From the IMG/VR virus record IMGVR_UViG_3300028178_000003, positions 1-54,708 of that record: a stretch of DNA of 54,708 bases. One strand, written 5' to 3'. Below the pieces are notes generated by a model. That model saw only the letters and a program-made list of their open reading frames with translations. It was not told the DNA's origin and ran no database searches. Shown here piece after piece: positions 1 to 10,200 of the stretch. Position numbers and translations under genes: made by a program. The stretch's first letter is position 1, and every line of letters starts with the position of its first letter. This DNA comes from a virus (taxonomy: Duplodnaviria; Caudoviricetes).

Positions 1-255
1 ACAATAATCCTTGCCATTGCTTATACTGCCAGTGTCCATAGCCGTTGCTGTCGATACATTGGTATCAGTGTCGATCAGGAACCAGCTCGTACCGATCCGC
101 ATTGGGATCAGATTGCTCCCTTTGACAACCACTATGGCATGATCCGATGCGTGGGCTTCTAGGATTCTGTCTGCTTTGTTGAGCGGAAACGAGGCCAGTA
201 CAGCAGCAGCGATGCAGGAATCTGACACATCAAGGGTGACTTTTCGATTAGCCAA
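1..255 (-). CDS. Partial tail-fibre/receptor-binding-like protein (runs off the left edge)
   Basis: Not in the ORF track. TTG start at 255 after GGAGGTG; open for 85 codons (MANRKVTLDVS...MDTGSISNGKDYC). DTG-x4-GKDY resembles N-termini of Mtd-like fibres. Confidence 0.5.
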   Translation of the reverse strand, partial: MANRKVTLDVSDSCIAAAVLASFPLNKADRILEAHASDHAIVVVKGSNLIPMRIGTSWFLIDTDTNVSTATAMDTGSISNGKDYC

Positions 256-541
256 TTTTCACCTCCGCTTCTTCAATCTTTGCGCTCACAGTTGACAGCA
301 TTGCGTCGATATTTGCTGACTTCGTGATTCCGAGCTGCTTTGACATCAAACAGGGATTAGGGATGGTTTCTACCACTAGGTCCTTTGTTTCCTCACTGCC
401 CGATATCACACGTTTAACTGTAGCGTGAACTGCGTCATGGGCTTTGATACGCTCCAGATCCCGCTTGACCTCATGCGGATAATCTTCCATCAGATTAATC
501 AAATCCTGATCACAGCCAATTCGTTTTGGGTATCCAATCAT
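248..541 (-). CDS. Hypothetical protein
   Basis: 97-aa ORF with AAGGAG RBS, packed tightly in the structural operon. Confidence 0.7.
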   Translation of the reverse strand: MIGYPKRIGCDQDLINLMEDYPHEVKRDLERIKAHDAVHATVKRVISGSEETKDLVVETIPNPCLMSKQLGITKSANIDAMLSTVSAKIEEAEVKIG

Positions 542-552
542 TATATGCTCCT

Positions 553-888
553 TTAAACCTTTGTGGGGTAGGCTTTTACGTAATACGGCGTTGCTCCATC
601 GTATATGGTGAAGATTTTAGGAACGCCTGATAGCGTGGTATCAGATATTGCAGCTACAATCGGCATCTTCAACGCCAGCGCGTCAAACACGGCATTTCCT
701 GTGGGAGCATGAGTGATGTCCCCGTCACTGATCGAATCCGCTAACCCAGGAGTTACCACAACTTCGTTGCCGTTAGAATCTTTTCGATAAAAAAGATGAT
801 CGGTTTTAGCATAAAACGCGGACTGCCCACTTGCCGGAGTCGCCGGGGCGTCCCCTTCGGTCAGTAATATTTTTGCAGCACCAGACAT
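553..888 (-). CDS. Hypothetical virion-associated protein
   Basis: 111 aa, GGAGGAG RBS, directly follows the stop of the collagen-like gene. Confidence 0.7.
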   Translation of the reverse strand: MSGAAKILLTEGDAPATPASGQSAFYAKTDHLFYRKDSNGNEVVVTPGLADSISDGDITHAPTGNAVFDALALKMPIVAAISDTTLSGVPKIFTIYDGATPYYVKAYPTKV

Positions 889-1500
889 TTAGTCTCCTCC
901 TAATGCTATCAGTAAGCCTATATCTGTAGGCGTTGCGTCTGCTCCGGCGGGGCCTTGTGCTCCAGTAGCACCTGTTGCTCCCGTGTTGCCAGTATCGCCC
1001 TTGTCACCTTTAGCGCCAGTAGCTCCAGTATTGCCAGTATCGCCTTTTACACCTTGGATTCCCTGCGTTCCCTGAACCCCTTGAATCCCCTGGCTTCCAG
1101 TTGCACCTTTATAATTCTTCCATAATCCAGTGAAATCTGAAGCCTGCGGGGAAGAAATAACGGAGTTCGAGTTCTTGATTGCAATGTAATCAAGGGAAGA
1201 ATTGAAAGTCGTAGTGAAATTAGTCCCACTGGCATCACTGGCATAGGCAATATAAATAAAATTACTCACACCGCCGACAAACAGGATTGCGTCCGCTCCG
1301 AGATCCAGCGTTCCTTCATTGTCAAAGACCCCGGAATTGATCGCATACTCCTGCCTTTCTCCGACAGCCACCGTTTCTCCCGAAATAATCTTCCAGAAGG
1401 GAAGCTGAAGACCTGTCGGGGCTTGACCAGGAACAGTATCTCCTGAGTCCAGTTCCCTAACTATACCGTTATACATACATAGTGGTCGTTTAACAGCCAT
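889..1500 (-). CDS. Collagen-like (Gly-X-Y) fibre protein
   Basis: C-terminal run [55 protein letters not shown]. Confidence 0.8.
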   Translation of the reverse strand: MAVKRPLCMYNGIVRELDSGDTVPGQAPTGLQLPFWKIISGETVAVGERQEYAINSGVFDNEGTLDLGADAILFVGGVSNFIYIAYASDASGTNFTTTFNSSLDYIAIKNSNSVISSPQASDFTGLWKNYKGATGSQGIQGVQGTQGIQGVKGDTGNTGATGAKGDKGDTGNTGATGATGAQGPAGADATPTDIGLLIALGGD

Positions 1501-1510
1501 GTCTTATCCT

Positions 1511-1825
1511 CTATGTTATTTCTACTAATCCCAGGATATAGTGTATACCACCAGATAATGTATCAACTACCAGTGTATCATACTCAGATAATACAAGCCC
1601 TTTGCAGGTTACTGGCGCTGCTTGGTATGCTGTCAAACTCCCACTTCTAACAAAATACCTAACACCATCACTATCTGAATGATCTGTAATCCATACGCGA
1701 TATGATGCTGTGCTGTTATTATACTCAGTCACGGAAAGAAAAGTCACAATAGCTGTTTTACCTGCTGGACAAGTGTAAAGAGTAGCATCAGTAACAGAAG
1801 TAGCTCTTTTCAATACGGTAGTCAT
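1511..1825 (-). CDS. Small beta-rich virion/tail accessory protein
   Basis: 104 aa with the TLYTCPAGKTAIV pattern common in small phage structural proteins; operon context. Confidence 0.6.
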   Translation of the reverse strand: MTTVLKRATSVTDATLYTCPAGKTAIVTFLSVTEYNNSTASYRVWITDHSDSDGVRYFVRSGSLTAYQAAPVTCKGLVLSEYDTLVVDTLSGGIHYILGLVEIT

Positions 1826-1833
1826 ATCTCACC

Positions 1834-2436
1834 TTACGTCGTCACAAGAGTAATCGGCACCTGCGACTGGAAATTAAGCGCCGTCGCATTGATCGCAAAA
1901 CCAACCCTTTGTACAACTTGCGCTGATCCAGAAGGAGCCGTTGCAGTACAAAGACCCGGAGTTGTAGAAAGGTACTGGACACCAGGAGTCAATGACGTTA
2001 CCTGAGAGTTTGTTCCCTCAAAATACACTGTAGCGTTTGCACCATTTTCAACGGAAGCCAATACAAATCCATGTGCTTCTTTTCCGGCGGTTGAAGCGTC
2101 AGCTTTCCGACATTTTGCTCCGGTTGAATTCCAAACATTGACCAAATCTCCAGCTGCCAATGCTTCTGACGCCGCGATAATCGCAACATCCGCAGCAATA
2201 CCAGTCGGCATGAATGTCGTGTCCAATTTGCCAGTAGCGTCAAGTGCCGGGAGCTTTCCAGAATCCCCAGCACCCGCCGAAGTCGTTTTGCTGTTGACAA
2301 TCGTGGAATCCAGAACACCAGACGAATTCAGCGCCGGAATCTTCCCATCATCGCCTGCACCAGCACTTGTCGCAATTGCCACTTCTTCTGTAATAACGCC
2401 TGCAAGGTTCTTCAAGAATTTATGTGGTCCAGCCAT
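1834..2436 (-). CDS. Virion decoration/cement-like protein
   Basis: Internal repeat TSAGAGDxGKxPAL twice; C-terminal domain ASEALAAGDLV...LTPGVQYLS...VQRVGFA. Confidence 0.6.
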   Translation of the reverse strand: MAGPHKFLKNLAGVITEEVAIATSAGAGDDGKIPALNSSGVLDSTIVNSKTTSAGAGDSGKLPALDATGKLDTTFMPTGIAADVAIIAASEALAAGDLVNVWNSTGAKCRKADASTAGKEAHGFVLASVENGANATVYFEGTNSQVTSLTPGVQYLSTTPGLCTATAPSGSAQVVQRVGFAINATALNFQSQVPITLVTT

Positions 2437-2437
2437 T

Positions 2438-2581
2438 TCACTTCTCCTTTACTTCTTCTTTGCGAACTGTTAATTCTGGCTGAAGAACAAGCACGTCATA
2501 AAGAGCTTTTCTTGTTTCTTCAGACATATTTTTGAACCTATTATCGTAATCTCTTAAGACCTCTTCACTTATATTTTCCAT
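2438..2581 (-). CDS. Small hypothetical protein (47 aa)
   Basis: Below the ORF-track cutoff. MENISEEVLRDYDNRF...EVKEK fills the gap exactly; GAGGA RBS. Confidence 0.55.
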   Translation of the reverse strand: MENISEEVLRDYDNRFKNMSEETRKALYDVLVLQPELTVRKEEVKEK

Positions 2582-2590
2582 TTTAATTCC

Positions 2591-2995
2591 TCAGGCCAGA
2601 AAAATAGGTTCGCTTATTCTAACCAGTAATTTAGTAGCCGATACTGGAAATCCAACAGTTAAACTAAAACCTGATAATGGTGGAGTCTGCGATAACAGTC
2701 CTGTAGTACTAAGCCACACCGGAACATCAAGAGTCCATGACCAGGAGGGCTCGGTCAATTCTCCACTGACCTGCACGTTTGCCAAGACTCCTACCATGGC
2801 GGCGCCGGTCGTGATCCCCAGGATTCGCTTGGCATGTGACAGGGTGGTGCAGTCAGCGTAATAGACTTTTTCGTCCTCCAGAATTACGGCCCGATGACCG
2901 CTGACCGTCTGACCAGCCTCATAAGATAATATCGTGTCGTCAGTTGATGTACCAGGTTCACCCTGCCGCCCATTTTTACCAGTAAAGATATTCAT
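2591..2995 (-). CDS. Virion decoration/cement-like protein, similar to the C-terminal domain of 1834-2436
   Basis: Start moved to ATG 2995 (MNIFTGK, GGAG RBS). Shares the pattern A..AD...G...V...G...LS.TG...P...VG. Confidence 0.6.
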   Translation of the reverse strand: MNIFTGKNGRQGEPGTSTDDTILSYEAGQTVSGHRAVILEDEKVYYADCTTLSHAKRILGITTGAAMVGVLANVQVSGELTEPSWSWTLDVPVWLSTTGLLSQTPPLSGFSLTVGFPVSATKLLVRISEPIFLA

Positions 2996-3043
2996 AGACT
3001 CCAATAATACCTGTATACACAGAATATAAGTTCTAACTAAGGT

Positions 3044-3068
3044 CTCTCTGGCCAAAACGACCAGAGAG
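3044..3068 (-). terminator. Hairpin downstream of 3079-3984, built from two CTCTCTGGYC motifs
   Basis: CTCTCTGGCC-AAAAC-GACCAGAGAG; no clear U-tract, so the terminator role is uncertain. Confidence 0.35.
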
Positions 3069-3078
3069 GTCGGAATGA

Positions 3079-3984
3079 TTAGAACGCGGATCCTAAAGAT
3101 ATACGCCGCCAATTAGCGTCAGCCACAGTATTAGTTGCAATACAATGGTAAATGTACGAGGCATTGGCGCAAGTCTCATTTGCCACACCTGTAGTACCGT
3201 TGATACCGCCGTCGAGTTTACCGCCTGTTACACTTGATACTGCAGTACCAGTCGCAGTCTCAGACAAAGCAATGAGATTACCACTCGTACCTTTGATTGC
3301 TGCGGTAACTGTAACTACACCGTCAGTGTTAGCAGCTGTTACATTTGTTACATCGGCGTTAATAGCCGTGACAAGATTTGCGGCTTGAGTTGTGTTATTG
3401 GCATTTACAGTAACTTCAAAGGACCCGGCACCAGCACGTGCGGTAACAAAAATAAACTCTTGGGTACCGACCATAACGGACTCATGCACATGATCTACAC
3501 CACCCGCGAGAGTACCGGCGCCACTTACTGCTACACCAGTAGCGACCTCAGTGAGAGCAAGAGCATTACCAGCCACGCCAGCTGCGACTGCAGTAACTGT
3601 GACGATATGGGTATTACCGCCTGTACCCCGTGCAGCAGTCACAGTAGCGAGGTCTGCTGTAATAGCGGCCACGATATTTGTAGCCTGGGTAGGTGCGTCA
3701 GGACTGATCGTGATTTGACCTGCGGCCGCACGGAGCGCTTTGAATGTAAACTCTTGGGCCCCAACAGTAAGGGTCTCTTCTGCGACAGGTAAGTCCGTGA
3801 TAGTGATGGTACCGGTTGCCTGTACGTTGGCTACATGAACGAGGGGAGTTCCAGTGAAGGTTACAACACCGGAAGCAGCTACAGCATTAACAGGGGTTTT
3901 CTCAGCCAGGGAGGCTGGAGAAACGAGATTGAGACCACTACAAGGGACAATCTCTTTTGATTTATTAACATAAAACATTGCCAT
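3079..3984 (-). CDS. Ala/Thr/Val-rich structural protein with an internal duplication
   Basis: Two copies of VGxQEF...TQAxNxVxAIxAD...VTVTA...GNxxALxExATGxAVS; AAAGGAG RBS; downstream of a promoter copy. Confidence 0.7.
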   Translation of the reverse strand: MAMFYVNKSKEIVPCSGLNLVSPASLAEKTPVNAVAASGVVTFTGTPLVHVANVQATGTITITDLPVAEETLTVGAQEFTFKALRAAAGQITISPDAPTQATNIVAAITADLATVTAARGTGGNTHIVTVTAVAAGVAGNALALTEVATGVAVSGAGTLAGGVDHVHESVMVGTQEFIFVTARAGAGSFEVTVNANNTTQAANLVTAINADVTNVTAANTDGVVTVTAAIKGTSGNLIALSETATGTAVSSVTGGKLDGGINGTTGVANETCANASYIYHCIATNTVADANWRRISLGSAF

Positions 3985-4044
3985 GACTTAATCTCCTTTT
4001 ACTTACTTGTTTAAGGTTTTTAAAACGACAAGAAAAGGACCAAC

Positions 4045-4086
4045 TTACACCAAACGATGACGTTAGCCATCTTCAAAAAGTGTAAA
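4045..4086 (-). repeat. 42-bp dispersed element, copy 1 (inverted relative to copies 2 and 3)
   Basis: Minus strand TTTACACTTTTTGAAGATGGCTAACGTCATCGTTTGGTGTAA aligns ungapped to 16148-16189 and 35390-35431. Confidence 0.8.
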
Positions 4087-4161
4087 TGACCTTATCACTT
4101 ACACTAACTTTCTTAAAAGTAGCCTTAAATGACGAATTAAGCCTATTCTTATTTAACTTTT

Positions 4162-4200
4162 ATTATAGCATACTTTTCCGTAAAAGTAAACACTTATTTT
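4162..4200 (-). promoter_or_regulatory. Conserved phage promoter (sigma70-like)
   Basis: Minus strand AAAATAAGTG-TTTACT-17 nt-TATAAT with TG extended -10. Confidence 0.75.
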
Positions 4201-4214
4201 CAGCTCGTCCTACT

Positions 4215-7200
4215 TTATACCCCAGCTGGAGGTCTTTGCTTTTCGTACTTATCGGGTTTTTGGCTACGTTTAAGACTTGATACTAACCATTTTGACGTAA
4301 TATACGGAACTTGATATTTTGGGTCAGCACCTGAAACGTCATTATTATACTCCGTAATCCGTCTATATAAGTCTGCAAAATCTGTATTATTTGTATTATT
4401 TATATTAACTAGCGCATGATTAAAACCTTCTAGTATGCCTGCGCGCTCTTTCTGATACTCAAGACGTACTTGATTCTCGCGCCATTGTTTTTGCCGTACA
4501 CCAGATATACTCCCTGGGTTAAAAGCTAAGACCCGTAATGCAAAATCTGTAGGCGAACCTTTTAATTTATCTGAACCATAAAAAATAGGTTTATAGACTT
4601 TGTCTGTAACACCTTCATCCCATTCACGGTAACCTTTAACTATAGATCCAACAGCTGTTGGTAAAAGTTTCTCAAGACCTTTTTCCCACTGGCCGTCCAT
4701 AAAGGAGTCAATAGAACTCATGATATCTAAGAATACTCCACCAGGCGCACCCATAGCTCCCAACCAGCCCTTAGATAAGTCAGGCATCGGGTTTGTAATT
4801 TCTAAAGACCCTTTAAGGTTTATGCCAATGAGTCCTGCAAAACCGTGTCGTGCAAATGCATCTGACCCAAAAGCTTCTTCAGCCCAGGTATAAAAAGCTT
4901 CTTCAGGGTCATCACCTCCGCCCATAGCCTTAATTGCCGCGGCCACGATTGGCATGACCAGGGAGGCTCCAGCACCTGCGAGGATTGCTGGTGACATGAG
5001 CATGTACGGTACCGACGTCCCCCATTTATTATACTTTATGCCGAGTTCCAGCATATTCAGCATATAATTCTGCTGGAATTTAAAGAAGGTATATGGCATG
5101 TCGAGGAGACGTACCTTCTGCACGATCCAAGGTTTAGCGCCTTTACCATATTCACCATGTGCTCTATTAGAGGTATGATATGCTTTCTGCAGGGCCTCTT
5201 CCATTGTAAGACTTTTGTTCATCTTCATATGCGCTTTTGTCGCCGCAAAGATCGTAGTAGCACGATTTGCTTTCTCAACAGCGCCAAACATAAACATCGC
5301 GCTAGCCATTGTGTTATTCCAGGTCTCATTCGCAGTAGTCTGCAATACCCGCACAGTGTCCTGGTTAAATTGTGCTTCGTCCCACCCGCGCTCTGTAATG
5401 TATGTGAATATGTCATAATCTTGCTTTGCTAAAGGGAGCTTTCCTAAATGTTCCTTAAAGCCTTTAGAAATGACATTTGAACCTTCCAGTATAGACGCGC
5501 GATACTTGGCGTACTTGGCAGCCGCTGAGGTAATCTCGCCCCAGGATTTCGTGATTGACATACCTGTGTGCGCAGCAATTGTAGCTGGTGCCGCGAACGC
5601 CATGTTTGTAGCGTTAACTGCAACTGAACTTACACGGAAACCAAGGTACTTAAGAACTGTTAAACCTTTGAGATAACCCACAGCTCGTTCTACCGCGTTA
5701 TCAGGTCGTAGAACATGGTTCATATACAATCGTGTATCATCATACAAGTTCTTTTGGTTCACTGCACTTATTGCTTTGCGCTTTACTTCAGCGCGGTAGT
5801 CTTTATACTTTGTGCCTGGGTTAGATTTCTGGAAATCTGCGAAAGATACGTCACGTCCGGTAAAAGCCTCAAGCATCCCTCTGGCCACTGTTCTACGTGC
5901 AACACCAGCCGCGATCTTCTGCGCATAAGCCGTAAGTGCTTTAAGCGGGTCAGTCTCGTACCCTTCCCAGTGCGACTCAGAACGTTTGAGGCGCGAACTA
6001 AAACTACCTTTTGCTTTATAGATGTTACCAATGTTGTAATTTATTTTTGCGTAAATGGCCTCAAGTAACTTCTGTTCAGCTTCAGACATATCTTTGCGGT
6101 CTACATTCTCAAGGGCCGCGGAAACGAGTGAATCCGTCGCTGTAAGAAGACCAGGGGTGTCGTAGATCGTTTCAGTTGCCGCCTTGACAGGGTTAATGGA
6201 AATCTCGCTTTCCTTAAAACCTTGCGCCATAAGCTTCTTGACTTCTGCAGCCACCGGTAACTTCTGGTTAATAAAGCCTTTGATACCTGCTTTTAATGCA
6301 GAATCCAATTCATTCGCCGGAAGATATAAGTCGATAGGAATAAGTACTTTCTTTCCAAGGGCGTTCTCCTTTTGCGCGGTCAATACATAATTTTTCTGCG
6401 GGCGTTCACGTGGAAAATATGTACCGCGTAAATCACCGACAATAGCAATTGCCTCAGACAGTTTAACAGCTACGTCTTTACCACCGACGGTGTGTACCGC
6501 GGTTGTTTCTGTTATACCGTTATCTCGCGCAAGTTTTATCTGCCTGCGCATATCGTCTACAATTACGTCAAAACCGCGATTTGTAAGATCGCGGCACTCT
6601 TTAACCATTGCCATAGCTTTCTCAGAGAAACCACGAGCTTTAAGACTTTTCTGTTCCTCTGCAGTCATGGCTGTAACTGCGTCAGATTCTTTAGCGTAAT
6701 CAAGAATACTTTTACCGATAGGGCTCATTACATGCCAGCGGTCTTTTACAAGCCGGACTGAATACCCGATACCTGTCTTATCAGCGTCTAATAAGTAATT
6801 CATACCTGCTTTATATGATCGCGGATCAGTTTTCTTCATGCCCTCTAAAAGCGGTATAAAAGTATTACCGACGACCATGCCTTCTGTAACATGCTTGATC
6901 TCACCTTGTTTCTGCGCCCATTCGAGCACTTTCTCAGCAGAACTATCACGGCGCATATAATACTCTGGAAGACTAAACATGCGGGTAAAGATGTTTGTGG
7001 TCTGTGTATCTATAGTACGCGTATATCCTTTAATACCTTTTTTTGGTTTACCAAAGTTCAAGCGCTCTTGCTCAGCCTGTACTGTATTCATAATTTGGCT
7101 GGTCAGTTGTGCAAGTTGTTTAGTCTGAATATTTTTTGCACGCTGTGCAATGGTATCTGCTGCAGCAAGTTTATCCAGATGTGCTGCATACTCAGCCTCT

Positions 7201-10200
7201 TCACGTGTTTCAGGACGCCGGCCCATCGTATCAACAAGATCAGGCATTATTTCAGGTCGGTGTACCCAGACATCAGCCGTTTTGTAGTTGACAGCCTCTG
7301 GGATATTGAGCCCTTCAGTCGGTTGACCTCGGCCAGAGAGGAGCTCGAAGCCTAACTTCTCGGCCATCTTATTCATTTCAGGTGATACTACGGCGAGGTA
7401 GATAGGCCTATCATAGGCGTCCATTACTTCTCGCATCATCGATTCGCCAATACCTTGGCGTCGATCATTCGGGTCAACAAACATGCTGTGGATCACAACG
7501 CCGAGCTTTACTTCCTCGAAGTCAAGATCACTACTCTCTCTGGTTATTTTGTAACTCTTACCTTTCTCTGTGCTTAGACCGTGTGGCTCGGTTTCCGCAA
7601 AGTCAGCTATTGGGATTTCACCGCGTTCAGCCATATCTTTGAGTTTATCGCCAATTACAAACTGGTGATAAGTATTCGCAAAATCTGCAGACCCAGTTTC
7701 TTCGATATCCTCAAGAGCTTTTTCTGCTTCAGCTTCTGTTTTAAAAATATGCGCAATCGTACTATCTGGGTCTATGTTTGCATCGTCAAATTCAAAGTCA
7801 TCAGCACTATTTCCATCGTTCTCCCAAGCGTCACGTGCATTAGTCTCTGCTCTATTCCATGCTGTATCTGATGTATACTCAATAATATATCCACCTTTTA
7901 CTTCTGATATAAAAGGCATATTAAAACCATAATTCAACGCCGGAGACATACCTGGTATTTCTACAGAACCAAGAGTTCCACCGTATGGTACAATGTTCTT
8001 CTTCGTAGCATTAGTAAGTACTTCAGTAAGTTGTCTAACACTACCGCCTACTTTATACGTACTGCCGCCAATTATCCATTTTCCATCGGAGTAATGTAGT
8101 TTAGCTCCCCAGTTTTCAATTTTTGCTACTTGTATAGGACTCATGGGCCAAACTACAGTATTAATACCACGTTTTACCGCTTCTTTTACAACTTCTTTAA
8201 AGATCGTGGGGACATAGTTATCCTTAAACGGAAGTTCTGGAATCACAGTAAGATACGGTCTTGACAACGTACGTTTTGCCAAATACCGGTTATGTATTGC
8301 AGTATTATAACTTACTGCCGAAGGTCTCATTTTTTCCATCATACCACGTACTTTTTCTATATCAATACCTGGAATAATTTCCTGCAGTTTTCGTATAGGC
8401 TCAGTAGCTGTAGTTGTTGGTTTTTTAAACTTCATACTGTTAAGGTAAGAGTCTATGTAAGCTCTAATTCGTGCATTTGCTTTTCCTTTTTGCTTTCCGT
8501 GGTTATCTGCAATATACTGCTTAATTTCTGTGCGTACGTTATTACGTGCGGATTCATAAGCACTAATTGGCTCTGCAAACTCTGGTCTTGACCATATCTC
8601 CGCTTTCTTTGAAGTATATTCAGCTTGGTACTTACGAAAATCAGCTATCGCTTCTAATGAGGTATATCCATGTTTTTTACCCTGATTATGCAGGTCTGAT
8701 TGTACCTCGTTTATAAATACTTCACCTGTAGGTAATACCGCACAGCGCGCCCATGCAATTTGATTTTTTGTTTTACTGAAATGCACGGCCCTATAGTCTG
8801 AATCCCCGATACCTTTAGGTAAACTCAACTCTACGTTAAATGTTTCTTGAGCTTGATGTGCTGGAATGATACTATACTGTGACCAAGGCACCGCAGCTCT
8901 TTCAGCGCCGGTAAAGGTCGCATTTACGTATTCTCGTATAGCTCGCGCAGAATGTATGAAGTTTGTATACATACTTCCGCCGAACCGAATTGCTTTTGAT
9001 AATTTGGCACTTGAATCAAGTTCCTTAATAAAACGGCTAATGCCAGGCAATGTAGTTCCTGTAAAAGTTTCTTTAAGCTGCCTAATATACTTACTGCTGT
9101 CGTAGTCCTCAATTATGGGTATATTACCATGGAGCGTATCACGCAGAACATCTCGTTCTTGCAAGTCAAGGTATTTCAATTTATCAATAGTATCAAACAA
9201 AGCCATGAATGCAGGGTTTATACTTTCAGCGTCTTCATTCAGCCATTGCGAGAACGTAGAGTCCTGATAAGTTTTAAGGACTGCAGCGGCTTTATTAGCA
9301 GCTTTATTAGCGTTTGTATCATGCGGTATTGAACCAGCAGTAGCTGCGGCTATTAAGCGTTGCCGTGAACCTGCTTCATCATCCGCGCTATATGCCCAAG
9401 GCGCAGTTGATTTACCTTCTACATTTTTAAACTCTACTTTGCTTGACGTTACTTTTACGTCTAAATCATTCTTCAGACTGTTCTCATTCAAGAAGTCAAG
9501 CACTTCAGTCTGGGTTACATTGTCACCTTGCTTTTGTACAAGCCATTCACGAAGCCCTGACCAAAATACCTCTTCTCTTATCGCGGCAGGCATAGAGCCC
9601 TTAAGCCATCCGTCAACTGACTTAATCCAGTTTTCAGCCATAGGAAACTTATTCTGTGGGCCCTTCTTCATAACATATTCAGTTTCAAGACGCGAGCTGG
9701 CGCTGATCCTGTCAGTATACGCGTGAATGCTTTCTACTTTGTGAATCAGGGGCTTTTCGACGGCTTTACGAAGATCCGCCATAAGCATATCTGCGACGTC
9801 TTTAGCTTCAAACCGGAGGGTCTTCATTGAAACGCCAAAGTTCCTGAATAAGAAGGCAGATACGGCTTTCCAGATCCTTGTCCAGAGAGAGTACTTAGCC
9901 TGACGTTCTTGATGCGTGAGACCATCCTGCGAAACCAGTTGCAAATACTTCATCATCACTTCTTCTTTATACATGCCCCGGCGTTCTAAATCGGACAGTC
10001 CTTGCGCTTCCCATACTTTAGCATGGCCTAGTCTTACTTCTTTGTAGATCCTGTCCAGTAAGGTTTTATCCATCTCGGAGAGACTCTTCTCATCAGTCAG
10101 AAGATCGTAGATATTTTCCCATTGCTTACGCCATACGGTATCAGCCCGCAGGAGCATATGCCCACCTTCATGCGTAAGGATACCGCGTATCGCGTCAATC

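Noticed and set aside
2996-3112. N-terminal extension of ORF 2591-3112
   Set aside because: It overlaps the upstream gene and a hairpin; ATG 2995 has a GGAG RBS.
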